Below are positions 59,444 through 64,000 of a DNA stretch of 64,000 nucleotides, one piece after another. The DNA comes from Candidatus Parcubacteria bacterium (GTDB lineage: Bacteria; Patescibacteriota; Minisyncoccia; Phycocordibacterales; Zambryskibacteraceae), in NCBI GenBank assembly GCA_019661865.1, contig JAIFWJ010000003.1, positions 15,441 through 79,440 on the forward strand. The letters are read 5' to 3'. Each line of letters starts with the position of its first letter. Position 1 is the first letter of the stretch. The notes beneath the pieces were generated by a model. It had not been told where the DNA came from. It did not search any database and saw only the letters and a list, made by a program, of their open reading frames with translations. The position numbers were made by a program, and so were the translations under genes.

Positions 59444-60193
59444 ATGAAAGAAGTAACAAAAGTAATAAAGCTTTATAAAAATCTTGGGGAAACTCCTTTG
59501 GAGTGTATATTAAGATTTCGACATGATAATCCAGATTTTGAGAAAATAAACATGACTTATCTGGGACGACTCGATCCTATGGCTGAAGGGTTACTACTTG
59601 TACTTGCAGGTAATACAAAGGAGAAAAATAAATATCTTGAATGGGATAAGACATATGAGTTCGAAGTTCTATGGGGCTTTGAGACTGATACATATGACGT
59701 GTTAGGAAAGATTACGAATATAAGTGACATACCACTTAAGAACTTCGACCGTCATATCGCTCCACTCCTGAAGAAAATATCCGAGAAAAAGACTCAAGGA
59801 TATCCTCCATATTCTTCTAAAACTGTTTTAGGTAAAGCACTTCATACATGGGCTAGGGAAGGGAAAATAGACGAGATAGATATACCCAGTAGAAGTGTAA
59901 AAATATTTTCTATTGAACACTTAGACACCCGTCTTGTAACTCAAGATGAAATTCTTGAGGAAATTATTAATAAAATAGATTTAGTGAAGGGTGACTTTAG
60001 ACAGGGAGAAATAATTAAACTCTGGAAGAAATCCATAAAACATGGAGAGCCGGCTCTCATCTCAGCCTTCCGAGCTAGTGTCTCCTCAGGCACATATATC
60101 CGCTCCATAGCGCACGAAATGGGCCATATATTAGGCACAAGTGCCCTGGCTTACTCCATAAGGCGCACAAGGGTCGGGGAATATAAGATGTAG
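59444..60193 (+). CDS. truB: tRNA pseudouridine(55) synthase-like
   Basis: GRLDPMAEGLL catalytic Asp motif and NTKEKNKYLEWDKTYEFEVLWGFETDTYD resembling TruB ATK...DK.Y..LG..TDT.D. Confidence 0.65.
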   Translation: MKEVTKVIKLYKNLGETPLECILRFRHDNPDFEKINMTYLGRLDPMAEGLLLVLAGNTKEKNKYLEWDKTYEFEVLWGFETDTYDVLGKITNISDIPLKNFDRHIAPLLKKISEKKTQGYPPYSSKTVLGKALHTWAREGKIDEIDIPSRSVKIFSIEHLDTRLVTQDEILEEIINKIDLVKGDFRQGEIIKLWKKSIKHGEPALISAFRASVSSGTYIRSIAHEMGHILGTSALAYSIRRTRVGEYKM

Positions 60194-61984
60194 TTATTTC
60201 AGATCTTTTCTCTGAGACTTGGCGCGTTCTTGCTGAGTGAGAATTTGTTTACGGAGACGGACGGACTCTGGAGTGATCTCAATATATTCGTCATCTTTCA
60301 TAATCTCCATGGCACGCTCGATGTCGAGTTTGAATGCGGGAGTTAGATATATGCTGTCATCAGATCCAGAGGCACGCATGTTGGTGAGCTGTTTACCCTT
60401 GGTTGGGTTTACATACAGATCTTCGCCCTTGGAAGTATTGCCCACAACTTGTCCTTCATAAATCTCTGCACTTGGTTCTATATAAAGTGTGCCGCGTTGC
60501 TGTAGGTTGTCGAGTGAGAAGGCTAAAGCCTTCCCTTTCTCCATCGATATCATCGAACCCACATCATGATGGTCTATCACTCCGGCATATGGCTTGAATC
60601 CTATAAATCTCGAAGAGAATATTCCGAGTCCTCGGGTATCGACTACGAACTGATTTCTGTACCCTAGGAGTCCGCGAGTGGGTGCTTCAAAGGTGAGTCT
60701 CTGCTGTCCATTTTCACTTCTCATATCAAGTAGAGACGCCCTGCGAGAAGTAAGAGTAGATATGACTCCACCAGACATGCTCTCTGGTACATCTATTACC
60801 ACTTCTTCGAAAGGTTCCAGTTTCTCACCATTCTCTTCTTTAATAATTACATGTGGTTGAGATACTTGAACTTCGAATCCTTCTCTACGCATGTTCTCAA
60901 GTAGTATGGCGATGTGAAGTTCTCCACGGCCAAACACCGTTAGGTATTCACTTGATGAGAAATCTACTTTGAGTCCGACATTTACCTCTAACTCTCTTTC
61001 AAGTCTTTCTCGAATCTGTCTACCTGTTACGAACTTACCTTCACGACCAGCGAAGGGTGAGTCATTGACGAAGAAGTTAAGTGAGATAGTAGGCTCGTCC
61101 ACATTTATAGCTGGGAGTGCCTCTCCGTGCTCATCTCCTGAGATAGTATCTCCAATATATATATCTGGAAGCCCAGCGATCATAACGATATCTCCTGCAA
61201 GTGCCTGGTCTCGTTCCTTTCTAGAGAGTCCTTCAAATGTGTAGAGCTTGGTGATCTTACCTTGATACTTCTCCCCACTGTGCTTCGTAACCCAGACGCT
61301 CTGACCATTCTTAATGGTACCTTCATATATGCGAGCGAGTGCCAAGCGGCCTAGGAAGTTGTCATATGCAAGATTGAACGGCTGAAGACGCACTGGTACA
61401 TCGAGCCTTTGAGTCACTGGAGGAACTTTCTCAAGAATTACATCAAGAAGAGGTGTCAGATCTTTTGAATCATCTGTGAGATTCTTCTTTGCAATTCCTT
61501 CACGACCAATTGCATAAACAGTTGGGAAGTCGATCTGATGGTTGTCAGCCCCGAGCTCTAAGAAAAGTTCCAAGACCATTTCATGCACAGCCTCTGGTCT
61601 GGCGGCCGGCTTATCGATTTTATTTATAACTACAATTGGCTTGAGCCCAAGCTCCAGGGACTTCTTAAGTACGAAACGGGTCTGAGGCATAGGTCCTTCC
61701 TGAGCATCAACTACTAAGAGCACAGTGTCTATAGAACGGAGTACACGCTCGACCTCAGAACCGAAGTCCGCATGTCCAGGAGTGTCCACAATATTTATCT
61801 TCGTGTCCTTATAGAAGATAGAAGTGTTTTTAGAATATATGGTAATACCGCGCTCCTTCTCGAGAGCATTTGAGTCCATGGATACACCCTCCTCAACCAT
61901 GCCAGTCTGACGCATCAAAGCGTCGGTAAGAGTGGTCTTACCGTGGTCGACGTGAGCAATAATAGCGATATTTCTAATTTCCAT
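60194..61984 (-). CDS. typA: translational GTPase TypA/BipA
   Basis: IRNIAIIAHVDHGKTTL G1 motif, EF-G-like domain order, 597 aa from ATG 61984. Confidence 0.9.
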   Translation of the reverse strand: MEIRNIAIIAHVDHGKTTLTDALMRQTGMVEEGVSMDSNALEKERGITIYSKNTSIFYKDTKINIVDTPGHADFGSEVERVLRSIDTVLLVVDAQEGPMPQTRFVLKKSLELGLKPIVVINKIDKPAARPEAVHEMVLELFLELGADNHQIDFPTVYAIGREGIAKKNLTDDSKDLTPLLDVILEKVPPVTQRLDVPVRLQPFNLAYDNFLGRLALARIYEGTIKNGQSVWVTKHSGEKYQGKITKLYTFEGLSRKERDQALAGDIVMIAGLPDIYIGDTISGDEHGEALPAINVDEPTISLNFFVNDSPFAGREGKFVTGRQIRERLERELEVNVGLKVDFSSSEYLTVFGRGELHIAILLENMRREGFEVQVSQPHVIIKEENGEKLEPFEEVVIDVPESMSGGVISTLTSRRASLLDMRSENGQQRLTFEAPTRGLLGYRNQFVVDTRGLGIFSSRFIGFKPYAGVIDHHDVGSMISMEKGKALAFSLDNLQQRGTLYIEPSAEIYEGQVVGNTSKGEDLYVNPTKGKQLTNMRASGSDDSIYLTPAFKLDIERAMEIMKDDEYIEITPESVRLRKQILTQQERAKSQRKDLK

Positions 61985-62018
61985 ATTGGATAACCGAGTC
62001 GCTATTAAAGCACGAATT

Positions 62019-62564
62019 TTACTTCTCCTCAAGAGTACCTGCACGCACTACAAAGGTCCGATTGGTAAGTACTGTCGGCTCAGCTGCTAAGGGTTCGCCC
62101 GCATTTCTATCCAGGTAAGTAAGCTTTATAACACCATTAGATATTGAAATAGTTTTAGGAGTTACTCTGTCACCTATAAATACAGCATTTGAGCCTTTAT
62201 ACATTACTGTGCCAGAAAGGTATGCAGCGATGTAAACAAATACTCCAGAACCTCCACTGTCTTTAACTAAAAGTAGTGCAGTGTCGTTCTTGTCATCGCC
62301 ATTTAAGTCTCCATAAGCCAGATCGTTTGTAAGTGTGGTGTTATCTGTTATGGCAGAGCCAGGGATAACTTGAGTTTCTGCAGATCCTTTCTTAAGAGTT
62401 ACTGGACCATCCTCGAACTCAAATGTAGCGTTCGACGGATCTGGATGAGTAGAAGTGGGAGTAACTTTAACCTCTGGAGTACTGTTTGTCCCTGGTGTCT
62501 TCAAATATTTCCAACCGAAAAAGCCGAGAATTAGTACAACAATCAGTATTAAAATTTTCTTCAT
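62019..62564 (-). CDS. hypothetical secreted/signal-anchored protein
   Basis: N-terminus MKKILILIVVLILGFFGW from ATG 62564; Thr/Ser-rich. Confidence 0.45.
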   Translation of the reverse strand: MKKILILIVVLILGFFGWKYLKTPGTNSTPEVKVTPTSTHPDPSNATFEFEDGPVTLKKGSAETQVIPGSAITDNTTLTNDLAYGDLNGDDKNDTALLLVKDSGGSGVFVYIAAYLSGTVMYKGSNAVFIGDRVTPKTISISNGVIKLTYLDRNAGEPLAAEPTVLTNRTFVVRAGTLEEK

Positions 62565-62575
62565 TGCATTTATTA

Positions 62576-62609
62576 TAACAAAAAAGCCCTTACACGATAG
62601 CAAGGGCTC
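62576..62609 (-). terminator. rho-independent terminator (minus strand) GAGCCCTT-GCTATCGTGT-AAGGGCT + TTTTTGT
   Basis: stop codon of the 62590..63429 gene lies in the loop; U-tract on minus strand. Confidence 0.8.
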
Positions 62610-63429
62610 GGCTTAAGATCTTCTCAGCCAGTCGGACATGGAGGTCTCTTCGGACCACAGTGATGAGAGTGAATTGTGATACTAGATGTTGATCCACCAG
62701 CTCATCTCGATTGTGGTGAGGATATTTGTGAGTGTATCCTACGGTGAGCGGATATACACCCTTCGCCCAAGTGGAAGGCGCAAGTCCCAGACTTCTCAAA
62801 GAACGAGAGATCGCATCATCCTGGAAGAGCTCAGTGAGCTTTTTCCTGCCCACTACAACGTCCTGTTCTTCTGGTCTGCCGGCGTGGTGACCTGTAACAG
62901 TTCCGAGCGTATTTCTTAGACCATTAATGATTCGAAAGTCTAAGAGATAAGCCACGTCGACATTCTTGGCCCAGTACTCGTTCAGTTCCTTGTCCTTACT
63001 CAGTCCGCGAAGCATGGAGACCTTGTTAGTGCGAGGACTGAAGCCTCTCGGTCTCTCTTCACCCTTATGGATAGAACGCCGACTTCTGTACGGGATCAAT
63101 GCATACAGAGTGTCACGAAGGTCCCTTGGTAGGTCCCACTCATAGCGTTCGATCTGACTCGTTCTAAGTCCGTGTGCGTTGCCATCACCTCTGGCTTTTA
63201 CTTCTACACGGATACCCAGCTCCCCCGAGTGGATATCACCGTAATCTGGTTGGCCTGGAGGCGAGAGTTCGCACCCAAGTGTAGCTGCCATGAGACGCTC
63301 GTAGAACGTGCCTGCCTTTCCCTGAATATTTTTGGCTCGCGATCGCAGCAAATTATACTCGGCGTGCGCATTAGCCATAAATCCCCCAAAGATCAGTCTG
63401 GCGTGATTATAAGTTATGGGATAAGACAC
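62590..63429 (-). CDS. hypothetical protein with candidate PD-(D/E)xK nuclease motif (restriction-endonuclease-like)
   Basis: PDYGDI...ELGIRVEVKAR resembles the D-(D/E)xK core; GTG start; GC content clearly above window average. Confidence 0.4.
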   Translation of the reverse strand: MSYPITYNHARLIFGGFMANAHAEYNLLRSRAKNIQGKAGTFYERLMAATLGCELSPPGQPDYGDIHSGELGIRVEVKARGDGNAHGLRTSQIERYEWDLPRDLRDTLYALIPYRSRRSIHKGEERPRGFSPRTNKVSMLRGLSKDKELNEYWAKNVDVAYLLDFRIINGLRNTLGTVTGHHAGRPEEQDVVVGRKKLTELFQDDAISRSLRSLGLAPSTWAKGVYPLTVGYTHKYPHHNRDELVDQHLVSQFTLITVVRRDLHVRLAEKILSRALAIV

Positions 63430-63501
63430 TTACCAGTGGACAATGGCACTCCGACACATATAATGCACTGAGACTACTTTGAACCTTAAAAAAGAGGATC
63501 T

Positions 63502-64000
63502 ATGGCCCAAGGACGCTATGTAGTAGACCATGAGCGCGCCGAGTGGGTCATAAAAACCCTCATCGACGCATGGAGGCAGAAGCTCCCTCCTTTCGACCAC
63601 GCCGTGCCTGTGCCCGAGTATCTTCCCAAGACTCTTGTGCCCGGAAGTGTGGAGCATGCGCTGTGGCTCATGGCAGGGTTGCCTTACATGAGAGGTCGGA
63701 TAGACAGCGCACAAGCTTATATCCGCCTTACTCACGTTTATGACCTTCACCCTTGGATGTTTGATCCAGAGACCTTCAGGCATTCAAGCATGAAGCATAT
63801 GAATGCTCGTGCCAAGATGCACAAGATCCTGAGAGAAAATGGTTTGGGATTTAATGTTCGAGAGACGATCAGGTTTTGGGATTTTAATTTCAAAAAACTT
63901 GCTCGCTTCTGGGATGGGAATCCCTTGAAGATCTTCAAGGAGGCAGGGGATTACGATGCGCTCTGTAAGCTTTTCATGGAAGGGAAGAAGGACCCCAATA
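63502..64000 (+). CDS. hypothetical protein, 3' end outside window (not in ORF track because no stop is reached)
   Basis: ATG preceded by AAGAGGA SD; frame open for 166 codons to window end; divergent from the nuclease-like gene. Confidence 0.45.
   Translation, partial: MAQGRYVVDHERAEWVIKTLIDAWRQKLPPFDHAVPVPEYLPKTLVPGSVEHALWLMAGLPYMRGRIDSAQAYIRLTHVYDLHPWMFDPETFRHSSMKHMNARAKMHKILRENGLGFNVRETIRFWDFNFKKLARFWDGNPLKIFKEAGDYDALCKLFMEGKKDPN

Noticed and set aside
63430-63783. 117-aa minus-strand ORF
   Set aside because: Antisense to the SD-bearing + strand ORF starting at 63502. The composition (His/Cys/Arg-rich) looks like a shadow frame.

Overview
This window reads as a 64-kb stretch of a small, streamlined bacterial genome, most consistent with a Candidate Phyla Radiation (Patescibacteria-like) organism using standard genetic code 11. 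It is gene-dense (about 90% coding) and mostly housekeeping.

Main content, in order along the window:
- A central-carbon block: gap, rpiB, rpe and a split transketolase, then fba and an FAD-linked oxidase.
- Translation genes: rplY, rpmE, prfA, rpsB, tsf, rpmF, rpsP and trmD.
- A tRNA-Thr(TGT).
- Aminoacyl-tRNA synthetases pheS, thrS and hisS.
- Replication and repair genes: gyrB, dnaE, rnhB, dnaG, smc and a UvrD-type helicase fused to a RecB/Cas4-like nuclease.
- The transcription block rpoB-rpoC-dnaG-rpoD, with nusB, rnc and rnr elsewhere.
- Envelope genes: a GT2 synthase, thioredoxin/DsbA-like proteins, uppP, a type IV pilin, a large Ig-repeat surface protein and a coiled-coil protein with a lytic-transglycosylase domain.

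No CRISPR array, rRNA or clear integrase or transposase was seen.

The observations I would look at first:
1. PheS carries a C-terminal FDX-ACB anticodon-binding domain like mitochondrial FARS2, and no pheT follows. This suggests a monomeric PheRS.
2. A translationally coupled NlpC/P60 plus C39_2 (YvpB/BtrH-like) papain-like pair with no signal peptides sits where pheT would normally be.
3. ThrRS lacks its N-terminal editing and TGS domains.
4. NusB is fused to a degenerate Nudix-like domain.
5. The transketolase halves are separated by an AT-rich membrane ORF.
6. tRNA-Thr is followed by twin hairpins and a 3' tRNA fragment that repeats its anticodon arm.
7. Five intergenic regions carry an exact tandem 10-13-bp duplication, and a -10 box placed for leaderless transcripts recurs.
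8. An opposite-strand small gene with its own terminator sits where rimM is expected in the rpsP-KH-trmD operon.
9. GC-rich inserts: a KGG stress protein, and at the window end a PD-(D/E)xK nuclease-like gene with a divergent unknown partner.

CDS coordinates follow the supplied ORF track where I kept its start. Coordinates I read by hand (promoters, hairpins, repeats, re-called starts) may be off by 1-2 nt.
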